DNA of 64,000 nucleotides from a virus. Positions 8,923 to 18,199 of the stretch are shown one piece after another. The stretch's first letter is position 1. Each line of letters opens with the position of its first letter. The notes beneath the pieces are model-generated. The model searched no databases. It saw only the letters and a program-made list of their open reading frames with translations, and was not told the origin of the DNA. Location: positions 63,428 through 127,427 of IMG/VR virus record IMGVR_UViG_3300045988_183505; one strand, given 5' to 3'. Made by a program: the position numbers and the translations under genes.

Positions 8923-8966
8923 TGCTTCATACCCTCTCTTTCCTGTGCAGTTATCTTACATTATTT

Positions 8967-8995
8967 ATTATACCACTTTGTATAGCTGTTGTCAA
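8967..8995 (-). promoter_or_regulatory. class-1 consensus promoter (copy a)
   Basis: Minus strand reads TTGACA-ACAGCTATACAAAGTGG-TATAAT, then AATGTAAG downstream. Confidence 0.75.
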
Positions 8996-9128
8996 TACAT
9001 TTTAAGGCTGATAACGGTAAAATATATGTTTCCTTATTTTTCGATTTTTGTGTATCATATACAAATGGTATAGAATAAGCACAAATAAAGAATAAATGCC
9101 TGCACCAGTATCTGATGCAAGCACTTAT

Positions 9129-9698
9129 TCAAAAGCCTATTCTTTTCACTTTTTTATGTTCTTTCTTTTCAAAGTAATTGGCAGCAAATTCGGCTTCTGT
9201 GATACTGCGAAAAGAATACTCATAATCCACATAAACCGTGCCATCGGCATCATATGCAATGACATTGTAATTGCCTGATTTATTATAGCAGCTTATTCCC
9301 TTTCGATACTCAGAAATTCCATTTCTCAAAAAATCTTTCACATTCTCTGGCACGTTTCCTGAAAAAGTAACAAAAACGCTCTGCCTTGCATCTGCAATGA
9401 AATTGCAATATTGTTTGGCAAGTACCGATTTTGGATTCCATTCGCCATCTGCCCAATACCGAACGTGTTCAAACAGCGTAAAAATCTCAACGTCCATGTG
9501 GTATTTTCTTGCCCAAAGAATCACGTTTTCCGTTGCTTTTACTTCCGTATACACAATCATGCCATGCAGTTCGGAAAATCGTTTCAGCCTCTTTCCTGTA
9601 TCGGAAAATACCAAAAATCCATAGTACAGCGTTTGTGTGTCCGGAGCATACTCTCCCAGTAAGAAAACTTGAACCTTTTGCTTTCCTATCCTTTCCAT
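9129..9698 (-). CDS. RNase H-fold protein with a non-canonical active site, plus a C-terminal extension
   Basis: HVRYWADGEWNPKSVLAKQY...PENVKDFLRNG aligns with GLQKWADGEWKAKKVATQDY...NEKADALAKQG of the intact RNase HI at 52869-53480. The positions of the first and third acidic residues are not conserved. Confidence 0.55.
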   Translation of the reverse strand: MERIGKQKVQVFLLGEYAPDTQTLYYGFLVFSDTGKRLKRFSELHGMIVYTEVKATENVILWARKYHMDVEIFTLFEHVRYWADGEWNPKSVLAKQYCNFIADARQSVFVTFSGNVPENVKDFLRNGISEYRKGISCYNKSGNYNVIAYDADGTVYVDYEYSFRSITEAEFAANYFEKKEHKKVKRIGF

Positions 9699-9711
9699 AA
9701 AGCACTCCTTG

Positions 9712-10218
9712 TCACATTGCCCATTTCAAAAATGCCACACCCTGTATGTCTTTTTTCGGAATACAGCCTACATCTGCACTTCGACTATCCCTTGAATTGT
9801 TCCGATTATCACCCATTACAAAGTAACAATCATCTGGAACAGTTATCGGATAATCCCAGCCGCCCTCATCTGTTGTTGTCAATTCCTTGATATACGGCTC
9901 TACAAGAACCTCTCCGTTTACCTTTACAGTACCGGTATCAAAGTCAATATCCACAGTATCGCCGCCCTCTGCAATCACTCTCTTTACGAGAGCCTTCTCC
10001 AGCTTGCTGTTGCAGACAATAACATCTCCTTTCTTCGGCTCTGCGTGTCTCCAGAGAAGAAGATGGTCTCCGTTCTGGTAAGTATCATTCATCGAATTAC
10101 CGCTTACCACTGCCGGTTTGATAACCACCGTAAATGTTCCAAACACCAGAGCTGCCGGAATAAGAATAAACATGGATTCTTTCAGCCAATTTTTAATGTT
10201 CCGCTTTTTCTTTGCCAT
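9712..10218 (-). CDS. signal peptidase I (S26 family)
   Basis: N-terminal TM segment, SGNSMNDT (catalytic Ser), KRVIAEGGD (Lys box), GDNRNNSRDSR. The ATG at 10218 follows AAAGGAA. The ORF-track start at 10260 overlaps the upstream gene. Confidence 0.85.
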   Translation of the reverse strand: MAKKKRNIKNWLKESMFILIPAALVFGTFTVVIKPAVVSGNSMNDTYQNGDHLLLWRHAEPKKGDVIVCNSKLEKALVKRVIAEGGDTVDIDFDTGTVKVNGEVLVEPYIKELTTTDEGGWDYPITVPDDCYFVMGDNRNNSRDSRSADVGCIPKKDIQGVAFLKWAM

Positions 10219-10219
10219 T

Positions 10220-10606
10220 TCAATTTCCTTTCTTTCGGTTGATTTTTTTGTTTCCGGCACAATTTACCCATTCAAACGGCAACCCATCATTTTCTATTAT
10301 CTCATGTAAGAAAAGCCGAACTGCTTCTGACACTGAAATATCCAACTTTTTGAATGCAGACATTACTTGTTCCTTATCCTTTCGGCTGATTTTCAACGTC
10401 ATTGTGGTTGTCAAATTCTTATTCAGGTCTTCCTTCATACAGGAATTTTCAAATGGAAATACTCCATCTTTGCTTACCTTAATCAGAAAAAAACGAATTG
10501 CTGTTGTTATAGGAAATCTTGCATTATCGAAGACTTGTTGTGCCTGTTCCTTCATGTTTTTTTGTATACGAACTGTAATCAATACATCATATTTATTCAG
10601 CATCAT
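10220..10606 (-). CDS. tandem RelB/DinJ-like antitoxin-domain protein
   Basis: Two repeats of the DinJ-type RHH pattern: ITVRIQKNMKEQAQQVFDNARFPITTAIRFFL and LKISRKDKEQVMSAFKKLDISVSEAVRLFL. Confidence 0.7.
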   Translation of the reverse strand: MMLNKYDVLITVRIQKNMKEQAQQVFDNARFPITTAIRFFLIKVSKDGVFPFENSCMKEDLNKNLTTTMTLKISRKDKEQVMSAFKKLDISVSEAVRLFLHEIIENDGLPFEWVNCAGNKKINRKKGN

Positions 10607-10874
10607 CTTTCACCGTCCTCGCTTCATACGGTTGATTCAGAATATTTTCGATTTCTTCCGTGAATCTATTCAATACATCTGTATAGCCAACTGGAATCAG
10701 TGTTTGAAACAATGAACTTGCCTCAAAAGTAGCCTTCTTTAATTTGCCATCATGCACATACAGTGTTGTTACGGTACGCTTTTCCCCTCTGGACTGTCTG
10801 CCGATAAACAGGCTCACCCTTAACGGATTATCTGCACCAGCATATGTATTCAACAAAATAGTTCCTTTTTTCAT
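10593..10874 (-). CDS. hypothetical protein
   Basis: 93 aa, overlaps the downstream gene by 14 nt. Confidence 0.5.
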   Translation of the reverse strand: MKKGTILLNTYAGADNPLRVSLFIGRQSRGEKRTVTTLYVHDGKLKKATFEASSLFQTLIPVGYTDVLNRFTEEIENILNQPYEARTVKDDAE

Positions 10875-10879
10875 ACTTT

Positions 10880-11731
10880 TCAGACCTTTCTATCCACAGT
10901 GTCGTATGTTAAATCCACCAAATGTGTTATTTTATCCACTGTATATGTTTCTTTTTGAATGCAGACGGAATCGTCTAGTCCCCAGTCACCATAAGCTATT
11001 TGGACAATGTAAGCCTCATATACATATGTTGTGCTTTCTTCATGAAAGGAACGATATACAACCGGTTCGTCACTTAGAGCAGACGATAAATCCATGCAGC
11101 GATAGACTGTTTCTGCTGTCAGCTCTCCTACAATTCCCATGCAGAGACCAGCATCACTCTGTACAGAACATTTTCTTTTGGGATATATAATGCGATACGC
11201 TCTTGGAATCTTTTTTGAAACAAGTGAATCGTTGTCATAATACTCACGATTTTCAGTATAGCGAATGCTATACATCAGATAATCTTCATTTTCTCCACAA
11301 TAAATGACTTCCGTATTAGAAAACGTATCTCCGGAAACCATGTTTTGATTGGATTCATTCACAAAGTCTTGCAGCTGTTTGTCTGTCAATGCAGCGTCCA
11401 TATCAATCGGTGCTTTCAAGCGAATTGGACATACCAGAATTTTTTCTCCATCAGCCAGCGGAACATCGAATAAGTCTATTTCTCCGCACGACAAATCAGA
11501 AATAAAATCCGTTGTCTGATAATTCTTATCTACGATTTCCATTAGTTCTGAATCCGATAACTGTTGTAGTTCTTCTACAGAACGGAAGTGCTTTGCACGT
11601 TCTACGGAACTGCTTTGTGTCGTCTGAACATTTTGCATCTCCATTTCTGAACCTGTTGTTTCCATCTGATTCATGGAGCAGGCAGTCAGTCCCAACAGGC
11701 ACATGGCAAGTAACGTGATTTTTCTACGCAT
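10880..11731 (-). CDS. lipoprotein
   Basis: Signal peptide with lipobox LLGLTAC-S. Confidence 0.7.
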   Translation of the reverse strand: MRRKITLLAMCLLGLTACSMNQMETTGSEMEMQNVQTTQSSSVERAKHFRSVEELQQLSDSELMEIVDKNYQTTDFISDLSCGEIDLFDVPLADGEKILVCPIRLKAPIDMDAALTDKQLQDFVNESNQNMVSGDTFSNTEVIYCGENEDYLMYSIRYTENREYYDNDSLVSKKIPRAYRIIYPKRKCSVQSDAGLCMGIVGELTAETVYRCMDLSSALSDEPVVYRSFHEESTTYVYEAYIVQIAYGDWGLDDSVCIQKETYTVDKITHLVDLTYDTVDRKV

Positions 11732-11771
11732 AAGTTTTCTTCTCCTTTGTGTGTATCCGTTGTATATACCT

Positions 11772-11801
11772 ATTATATCATATTTGTATATCTATCGTCA
11801 A
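11772..11801 (-). promoter_or_regulatory. class-1 promoter (copy b)
   Basis: Minus strand reads TTGACG, 18 nt (ATAGATATACAAATATGA), TATAAT. Confidence 0.6.
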
Positions 11802-11897
11802 TACATATACATTTGTACTCTATAGAACTTTTTCGTTATTTTCCCATATAAATTATGCAGAGTACACAAAAGCACCAGCTTTCGCCGGTGCTTGCAG

Positions 11898-12236
11898 CTA
11901 ATCTCTTTCCAGATTTTCTTTTGTATGCTGTTTTGATGGATTCAATCCCATATCCGCAAATGGCGGTGTGCGTTCCAATTCAATCTGCTGCCCTGTTACT
12001 TCCTGCAACCGGTCAAGCAGAATTTTTTGTCCATCTGGTTGATTTGCCAATTCAGATGCCGCACTCATTAAGTTTTGTGAATACCAACCCTCTGGGGTAT
12101 CTTCACCTGCTGAACGATATACCAGAATGTTTTGCTTATTCTGAGGGTCTTGTTGAATCTGGTCATTTGCCACCAGTGCGTCCAGAAGCTGAATGCACTG
12201 ATAAAAATTGAGTTGTTCGTCTGTACTCTTACTCAT
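11898..12236 (-). CDS. hypothetical protein
   Basis: 112 aa, overlaps the next gene by 8 nt. Confidence 0.5.
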   Translation of the reverse strand: MSKSTDEQLNFYQCIQLLDALVANDQIQQDPQNKQNILVYRSAGEDTPEGWYSQNLMSAASELANQPDGQKILLDRLQEVTGQQIELERTPPFADMGLNPSKQHTKENLERD

Positions 12237-12465
12237 TGTCTACTCCTGTTCCATTCGCCTTGTCCCACAATTTGAGTGCATCTTGAATTGACAAATACCC
12301 TCTTGCAATACTGATTGCTGTACCGTCATTCACATGATGCTTTCTTTGAAAGTCATGACAAACCGCCAATTCGTCCGCTTGCGTATGCAGTTTTCCTGCC
12401 CTCTGCACTTCCTTGTACTGTTTGTGCAGTTCATTCATGCTTCTTACAAATGCTTCAAAATCCAT
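12229..12465 (-). CDS. hypothetical protein
   Basis: 78-aa ORF in the array. Confidence 0.5.
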   Translation of the reverse strand: MDFEAFVRSMNELHKQYKEVQRAGKLHTQADELAVCHDFQRKHHVNDGTAISIARGYLSIQDALKLWDKANGTGVDNE

Positions 12466-12474
12466 AATATAATC

Positions 12475-12675
12475 TCACTTCACTTCCACAGGCACAATTT
12501 CATAGTAATCATAATTTGACCATCGTTTCTGCCGTTCCATTTCTCTTTTTGCTTTTGATTCTGTACTGAACACATTCAGCAAAAATCTTCCATCTACGCC
12601 GTATTGTTTAACACAACCAAACAACACATATACATTCACGCAATCACCATCATCTTTTTTGTGTGCAAAAGCCAT
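12475..12675 (-). CDS. hypothetical protein
   Basis: An internal ATG (MAFAHKKDDGD) is used here, because the 12759 start would overlap the upstream gene by 110 nt. RBS is weak. Confidence 0.45.
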   Translation of the reverse strand: MAFAHKKDDGDCVNVYVLFGCVKQYGVDGRFLLNVFSTESKAKREMERQKRWSNYDYYEIVPVEVK

Positions 12676-13087
12676 TGCACCGGTCTCGCTGAAAGCAGAA
12701 CACACACCTGCACTTCTGCAATTTTTGTTCCGGCAATTCTCCTGCTGTCGGAAAATCATAATCTCTTATCTTCTCAAACGTGTGTATATGCTGGATAGAA
12801 AAATCATATGTACCATTCTTTCTCCGATAAAGATACGGCTCTCCCTTTATCCGGAATTTATCCCCTTGTTTCATGGAATACTGCATTAGGTCTATCATCT
12901 TACACCCTCGGAATATCCATAAATGATGTTCCCTTCCGACAAAAGGCTTCCCATTTGCCTGCACCCCTTCTACACGAATATATCGAAACAGATAGCCAGA
13001 ACCTTCCTTGCGGTCAAATGTGCCATAAACAGTTGCCCCAAGTCCAACAAACGCTTCTGCCAGATAACTTCTACCGTCCCTCAGCAT
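12650..13087 (-). CDS. hypothetical protein
   Basis: 145-aa ORF in the array. Confidence 0.55.
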   Translation of the reverse strand: MLRDGRSYLAEAFVGLGATVYGTFDRKEGSGYLFRYIRVEGVQANGKPFVGREHHLWIFRGCKMIDLMQYSMKQGDKFRIKGEPYLYRRKNGTYDFSIQHIHTFEKIRDYDFPTAGELPEQKLQKCRCVFCFQRDRCNGFCTQKR

Positions 13088-13089
13088 AT

Positions 13090-13536
13090 TCAGCCTTCTT
13101 CCACATCACTCCACACAAGTGCTGCATTATTCGCAACACACTCTTTCAGCAATGCAGAGAAATCCTGAAAGTGCATTTCAGAGTGGTCTGCAAGTGCATA
13201 ATTCAGTTCATCTTCATATCCTTTGATTTTTTCATAAATCTCATTGCAGTTCTTCGCAGACAGTGTTCCTTTGCAATACGGCTGTCCGATAAACCGTGCC
13301 GCACCCTCAGAAATTTCTCCATTCGCCTGCATACGACACAATGCTCCTTTGAGATGCTTCATATAAAACTGCTTTCTGCCGTCTGCCATATAAGCAAACA
13401 GAGGTGTTGTAAAAGCGTCCTGTACCTTTCTCAACGCTTTTCCATGAATCTGTGCAACTTTCCACCGTAGCATTTCAAAACCGCCATAGCCCAATTCGTA
13501 TCGTGTTCCTGTCTTTTCGCATTCTAAAACCAACAT
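13090..13536 (-). CDS. hypothetical protein
   Basis: 148 aa, first gene downstream of promoter c. Confidence 0.55.
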   Translation of the reverse strand: MLVLECEKTGTRYELGYGGFEMLRWKVAQIHGKALRKVQDAFTTPLFAYMADGRKQFYMKHLKGALCRMQANGEISEGAARFIGQPYCKGTLSAKNCNEIYEKIKGYEDELNYALADHSEMHFQDFSALLKECVANNAALVWSDVEEG

Positions 13537-13627
13537 ATTTATCCTACCTTTCGTCCTTTTCAGCTTGCTTTTACACGATTTCTACCGCTGTAGTTTATTC
13601 CTGTTTATTTTGGCTTACTCTACTACT

Positions 13628-13656
13628 ATTATACGTTTTTGTATAGCCATTGTCAA
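13628..13656 (-). promoter_or_regulatory. class-1 consensus promoter (copy c)
   Basis: Minus strand reads TTGACA-ATGGCTATACAAAAACG-TATAAT. Confidence 0.75.
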
Positions 13657-13729
13657 TACATATAATATGAACAACCATTAAAATATCCGTTGCCAATTAT
13701 CGTGACAGCGAATATATGAATACAGATAC

Positions 13730-14464
13730 TTATTGCACCTGTTTTCTGGAAGCTCTATCAAAATCCGGTTTAAGTTGTTGAACTATTGTCTCACAATCTC
13801 TGCATTTCCGTATATCCTTCTCCATCATCACATAATTGAAATGGTCTGTGATAACATCACACAGAGAACAGAACGCATTGTCCAAGTGCGGCGGTGTCCA
13901 GATGTCAGAACGGCACAGGAATATGCCGTCAAACACATAGTTCTTTTCTTCTATCTTTGAGAGGTTTTTCTGAACGATACCACGAAATGCTCTGTTCTCT
14001 TTTCTGTCTTTATCCAAGCCGAACATTTCAAGTGACACCGGATTTGCAACCCAAGTAAGCCCCATATCATATTCTTGCAGAAGATGGGAAATCCAGTTGC
14101 CACAGTCCAGTTCTTCGTTATTGTTTACAATGTCATGGTGCATATCTACATTGACAAGTCGCAGTTCATCGTCTTCTGAAACTGTATCATGCACAAAATC
14201 ATACGCATGAACGTGACTTTGAGCAATCATCACAGGGCAATCCGAAGATTGTTTTCGCAGGATTCGTTTGATGCAGTTCAGTTCATCAGAAAGCACCCCA
14301 ACAGAGCGTGTCAAAGAGCCTTGCCTTTCACCCAGATAGTGTGAAGCCCATATCAGAGTAGACAGTTCTGTCGGACGGTCAACGCCGTCAGGAAAGCTTC
14401 TCACCGCTTCTTTGGTTGCTTGCAGGAAATAATCAAAATCTATGGATAAGATTCTTCTAATCAC
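13730..14464 (-). CDS. conserved hypothetical protein, paralog A (possible metal-dependent hydrolase fold)
   Basis: Colinear with 18200-18949 (LSIDFxYF, LTRSV, CPVxIAxSxVH, NxDMxHD, WVANPVSLE, IFLCRSD..PPHLD). This copy keeps more Asp/His (SIDFDYF, SHVH, DMHHD). Confidence 0.6.
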   Translation of the reverse strand: MIRRILSIDFDYFLQATKEAVRSFPDGVDRPTELSTLIWASHYLGERQGSLTRSVGVLSDELNCIKRILRKQSSDCPVMIAQSHVHAYDFVHDTVSEDDELRLVNVDMHHDIVNNNEELDCGNWISHLLQEYDMGLTWVANPVSLEMFGLDKDRKENRAFRGIVQKNLSKIEEKNYVFDGIFLCRSDIWTPPHLDNAFCSLCDVITDHFNYVMMEKDIRKCRDCETIVQQLKPDFDRASRKQVQ

Positions 14465-14801
14465 GTTCCATATCCTTTCCGGCTTTTTCTGCCTTTGGTG
14501 CTGACTTTTCTACATCTGCATACTTTGATTTCTCAAAGAACTCTGACATATAAGTTCCACGCAGGTCATGTGTTCTTCCAAATTCCAATGCTGCATTCCC
14601 TACCCAGTTTGGAATGTTTGCTTGTTCCATATCATGAAACACGCTGCTCATGGCTTCTTGTGCCTGCTGATACCCTTCCTTATCCCCTGTCTTTTCAGCA
14701 ATTTCCTTTTCAAAAGACCAGTACATAGCACCTTCCAAAATTGATTGCTCTTTCTTTCCGACTTCAAACTCCAAGTTGCCGTTTTTCAAATGATAGCTCA
14801 C
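14457..14801 (-). CDS. hypothetical protein
   Basis: 114 aa, overlaps both neighbours by 4-8 nt. Confidence 0.55.
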   Translation of the reverse strand: MSYHLKNGNLEFEVGKKEQSILEGAMYWSFEKEIAEKTGDKEGYQQAQEAMSSVFHDMEQANIPNWVGNAALEFGRTHDLRGTYMSEFFEKSKYADVEKSAPKAEKAGKDMERD

Positions 14802-15181
14802 TTTTTGTCCCCTTTCTCCGGATAAGGTCTGTAATGCCGCTTTAAGTAGGATTGCAGTTCTTTCTTCTTACCATATAAAAAATGGGAAGCAAGAATCTGT
14901 TCTCCAGCAATCTGTTTGGACAATGGCTTGATTTTTGTGCTTTCCTGCACACTCTCTGCTTTTTGTTCTTCCTCTGAGAAAAACCGGATTTCCACCGGTT
15001 CTTCTGCCGGTAAGAATTTCCCTTGTACTGGTTTGAGGATTCCGACTTTCCCTGTCCAAATCTGAATCACTTTTTCCGAAAGTCCTGTCTGCTGTAAAAT
15101 GCTTTGAAAATATGCCTGACACATTTGCTCATGTTCAGCAATGGCTTCAAGCATTTTATCTCTACTTTCTTCAATGTTCAA
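14798..15181 (-). CDS. hypothetical protein
   Basis: ORF-track frame 14798-15253. A start near 15181 (TTG after AAGAGG) or 15154 (ATG) avoids overlap with 15198-15500. Confidence 0.5.
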   Translation of the reverse strand: MNIEESRDKMLEAIAEHEQMCQAYFQSILQQTGLSEKVIQIWTGKVGILKPVQGKFLPAEEPVEIRFFSEEEQKAESVQESTKIKPLSKQIAGEQILASHFLYGKKKELQSYLKRHYRPYPEKGDKK

Positions 15182-15197
15182 TTTCTTACGCCTCTTT

Positions 15198-15500
15198 TCA
15201 AACCGTAAATTCACTGCGGTATTTGCTGTCTGATGATAGCAGCCATGCTGCACTGTCTACATGATTTACAAAGTCCAGCATAATTGCTTCAACGCTGTCA
15301 CAAGTCACGCAAATACGTTTTTGTGTGTACTTTTCATATGTGATATACACAAATTCTTCTCCGTCTTCTTCCACATAATCCATTCGCTTGATTCCGGAAA
15401 AGTAATTTGTTCCATGTGATTCGTTGAAGTCTGCCAGCAATTTTCCCAGTTCCTCAACAAATTCTTTCTTATCCATTGCTTCTTTTGTCATGGCTATCAT
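15198..15500 (-). CDS. hypothetical protein
   Basis: 100 aa, acidic, with a 4-nt overlap to the upstream gene. Confidence 0.55.
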   Translation of the reverse strand: MIAMTKEAMDKKEFVEELGKLLADFNESHGTNYFSGIKRMDYVEEDGEEFVYITYEKYTQKRICVTCDSVEAIMLDFVNHVDSAAWLLSSDSKYRSEFTV

Positions 15501-15946
15501 TCTCCTTCCTGAGATAGTTCCCTGTATACATTACACTCTTTGTCAACCAAGACCTGCTGCTTTAGTTCCATTAAGCCTTCCACGCCTCTTGTGCTGGTAA
15601 GTCGTTTCTTGCCCTCTCGTGGAATTTCTACTACACGAACAGAGCAGACACGCTTTGTTCTTTCATTCCAGCCATAATATTCCGTTTGTAATTGATGCGG
15701 AGCTTTTGCCCGATACTGATAAACCGATTCTTTACTGGCAAGGATTGCTTTGTGATGCTTTTTCAGATAGCTATATGCTCCAACGGAAATACCGTCTGTT
15801 ACTGCAAAATCATGCAACCCTTCTTTCTCCAGACAAGCTATAATTTCACCGGTGCGATTATCTTCGCCGCACAGCTCCAGCAGCTCACGGATTCTATCCG
15901 GTACATCATAGCCATTAAAAAGCAGAAACTTTGTATATCTTTCCAT
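15497..15946 (-). CDS. hypothetical protein
   Basis: 149 aa, first gene after promoter d (AAGGAG RBS). Confidence 0.6.
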   Translation of the reverse strand: MERYTKFLLFNGYDVPDRIRELLELCGEDNRTGEIIACLEKEGLHDFAVTDGISVGAYSYLKKHHKAILASKESVYQYRAKAPHQLQTEYYGWNERTKRVCSVRVVEIPREGKKRLTSTRGVEGLMELKQQVLVDKECNVYRELSQEGE

Positions 15947-16000
15947 AGCCGCATCTCCTTATGATTTATTTGCATTTATTTAGCTTTAACGACTATAACT

Positions 16001-16029
16001 ATTATATCATTTTGTATAGCTGTTGTCAA
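16001..16029 (-). promoter_or_regulatory. class-1 consensus promoter (copy d)
   Basis: Minus strand reads TTGACA-ACAGCTATACAAAATGA-TATAAT, a perfect consensus with a 17-nt spacer. Confidence 0.8.
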
Positions 16030-16101
16030 TACAAATAACTTTGCACTAATATAAATATATTCGTTATTTAACATGAAAAAAATATGAAAAATCACGAATG
16101 T

Positions 16102-16875
16102 TTACTTCAATAAAATTTCTGCTGCCTTATTGATTTTTTGAGCATACTCCTCACCCAATTCAGGGTGAACGTCAGGGTGTAACATACGCATCAATTTCTT
16201 CTGCTGTTTCTTTACTTCTTCTGCTGTGCAGTCGGTATTATCCAAAAATAAAACGCCTTTTGCCCACTCTTTTTCCTGTTCTGCTGTGGTGATTTTTCCC
16301 CTCAATCGCTGAATATCTTCCAGTTTTTTTAGAACTCGGTATCTGGCATCATCTATCATCTGATAGAAAATGCTCCGAAACATCGTCAACTTTTCCGGTT
16401 CTGTTATATCCAGCATTCCCTTTGAGGTAGGCTTACATTTACACGGTTCATTCTTCACCAGAAAATACTCCATACAGATTTTTTCTGTTTTTACTTTTGC
16501 CTTTATATCACACACAACACGATTCGTATTTGTCCCTACGTTTTTTACGTCAGTACAATAAATTCCAGTCTCCAGCAATTCATTTATGGAGAAAATATCG
16601 CCACGGTCTGTTGGCTCTCCATTCTTTTCGCCTTTGCTGAAACAGAACATTCCATGTACACTATCCAGATACATTTCGCCATATGAGTATGTGGCAGTGA
16701 ACACGGTAGCCTTTGCCTTTGCTGCTTCAATCAATCCCAAAAGATAATCTGTATCACAAGATTTCAGGTCAATTCGCATCGGCAGATAACTTCTGCAAGT
16801 CTTGCAAAGATAACCATTGTATGTTTTCTTCGCCAAAAGTCCTGCGTCTTGCTTGCAAACAACACATTCTTTCAT
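16102..16875 (-). CDS. J-domain (DnaJ-like) protein with an N-terminal zinc ribbon
   Basis: C-terminal J domain KKLMRMLHPDVHPELGEEYAQKINKAAEILL (HPD tripeptide). N-terminal CVVC...CKTC. Confidence 0.75.
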   Translation of the reverse strand: MKECVVCKQDAGLLAKKTYNGYLCKTCRSYLPMRIDLKSCDTDYLLGLIEAAKAKATVFTATYSYGEMYLDSVHGMFCFSKGEKNGEPTDRGDIFSINELLETGIYCTDVKNVGTNTNRVVCDIKAKVKTEKICMEYFLVKNEPCKCKPTSKGMLDITEPEKLTMFRSIFYQMIDDARYRVLKKLEDIQRLRGKITTAEQEKEWAKGVLFLDNTDCTAEEVKKQQKKLMRMLHPDVHPELGEEYAQKINKAAEILLK

Positions 16876-16886
16876 AGCTTTCCCCT

Positions 16887-18134
16887 TTACAGAATATTAC
16901 GGTTTACTGCTGTGCTGACATCGCAACCGCACAGGACGAACCGATTTTCTGCTCTGTCTGTAATCTGCTTTGGTTCGCCATTTTCTGTCACGGTACGAAC
17001 CAGCTGATTCTGTCCATAGTTCACAGCGTGACGGTCAATAGATTCGTCCAAGATGTTTCTGGCTGTTCTACCATTGCCAAAAGAAGATAGCTTTCGCTCT
17101 TTATCACACCGGATTTCAAAATTGTCCAATGCTTCCTGCGATACCATATATCCCTCGCTATGTGCCATTGCAGAAAAAATATCCTTCATTTCAGGAGTAG
17201 AGTAGTCAGGAAAGTTCAGATATTCTTTGATACGGCTCTTGAATCCTTCATTAGAATCCAACAACCGTTTCATATCATTTTTATATCCTGCCAGTATCAC
17301 AATCAATCTATCACGATTGTCTTCCATTTCTTTGATAAGTGTAGCCACAACTTCTTTTCCGTAGCCGCCGCTTCCGTCAACAATCGTATAAGCTTCATCA
17401 ATGAACAACACTCCACCATATGCTTTTTGAACAATCAATCGTGTTTTTGTTGCACTATCTTCTCCAGCCTTTAAGAAATTGCCATCAATTTCGATGCACT
17501 TATTTTCTTTGATATACCCATATTTGTATAGAAATCCAGTAATAATTCTGGCTACTGTAGTCTTACCTACGCCTGCACTGCCGTAGAATACCATGTGTCT
17601 TCCACTCATAGCACTGCCGGACATATTTCCACGCTTCCGCTTCTTCTTTTTCTCTTTTGCAGAATCTTGTTCAAATTGCATTCTGGCAACCATTTCGCTG
17701 GTCTTTTCTTTGACCGCATGAATGCCTATCAGACCAGCAAGGTCTTTGTCCGGATTATCGCTTCCCTTTTTTGTGATTTTCTTCAAAACACTTGACGACA
17801 GCAGACTTTCCATTTGTGCCACTTTCTGTAAGTCCATCGCCTCACGTTCCTGCCGTGTCAGATTTTCAAACTTCTTTTTTTTCGACATACCAAATTCGTC
17901 ATATTCGTTTTCCTGTACCGCCTCATGCAATTTGTGATTCAAAAAATTCCGAAGAATCAGCCATTGACCTATTGCGATAACACACGCAATGGCAGCGATG
18001 GTGCGATACTGCTTTAAGCTCTCCTGCAAATAAGTGTACAGTAAAAATCCTGCTCCAGCAAAAGGCAGAGCAATGCTTACTGTATTCAGAAGAATCATCA
18101 GCGGATAGCTTGTTTTCTTTTCTTTCTTACTCAT
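16887..18134 (-). CDS. membrane-anchored AAA+ ATPase (SpoVK/CbbX-like)
   Basis: Two N-terminal TM helices. Walker A GSAGVGKTT and Walker B VLFIDEAY. Overall CbbX/SpoVK-type layout. Confidence 0.8.
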   Translation of the reverse strand: MSKKEKKTSYPLMILLNTVSIALPFAGAGFLLYTYLQESLKQYRTIAAIACVIAIGQWLILRNFLNHKLHEAVQENEYDEFGMSKKKKFENLTRQEREAMDLQKVAQMESLLSSSVLKKITKKGSDNPDKDLAGLIGIHAVKEKTSEMVARMQFEQDSAKEKKKKRKRGNMSGSAMSGRHMVFYGSAGVGKTTVARIITGFLYKYGYIKENKCIEIDGNFLKAGEDSATKTRLIVQKAYGGVLFIDEAYTIVDGSGGYGKEVVATLIKEMEDNRDRLIVILAGYKNDMKRLLDSNEGFKSRIKEYLNFPDYSTPEMKDIFSAMAHSEGYMVSQEALDNFEIRCDKERKLSSFGNGRTARNILDESIDRHAVNYGQNQLVRTVTENGEPKQITDRAENRFVLCGCDVSTAVNRNIL

Positions 18135-18160
18135 GAATCTTTCTCCCTTTTATGCAACAA

Positions 18161-18189
18161 ATAGGAGTATCACGTTTTGACACTCCTAT
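18161..18189 (-). terminator. hairpin (terminator/attenuator) between 18200-18949 and the AAA+ gene
   Basis: 8-bp stem ATAGGAGT / ACTCCTAT with a 13-nt loop. On the minus strand it is followed by TTGTTG, a weak U tract. Confidence 0.4.
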
Positions 18190-18199
18190 TTGTTTCTGC

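Noticed and set aside
12650-12759. 110-nt overlap of ORFs 12475-12759 and 12650-13087, read as a programmed frameshift
   Set aside because: No slippery heptamer was noticed, and an internal ATG at 12675 gives a conventional arrangement. The start site remains uncertain.
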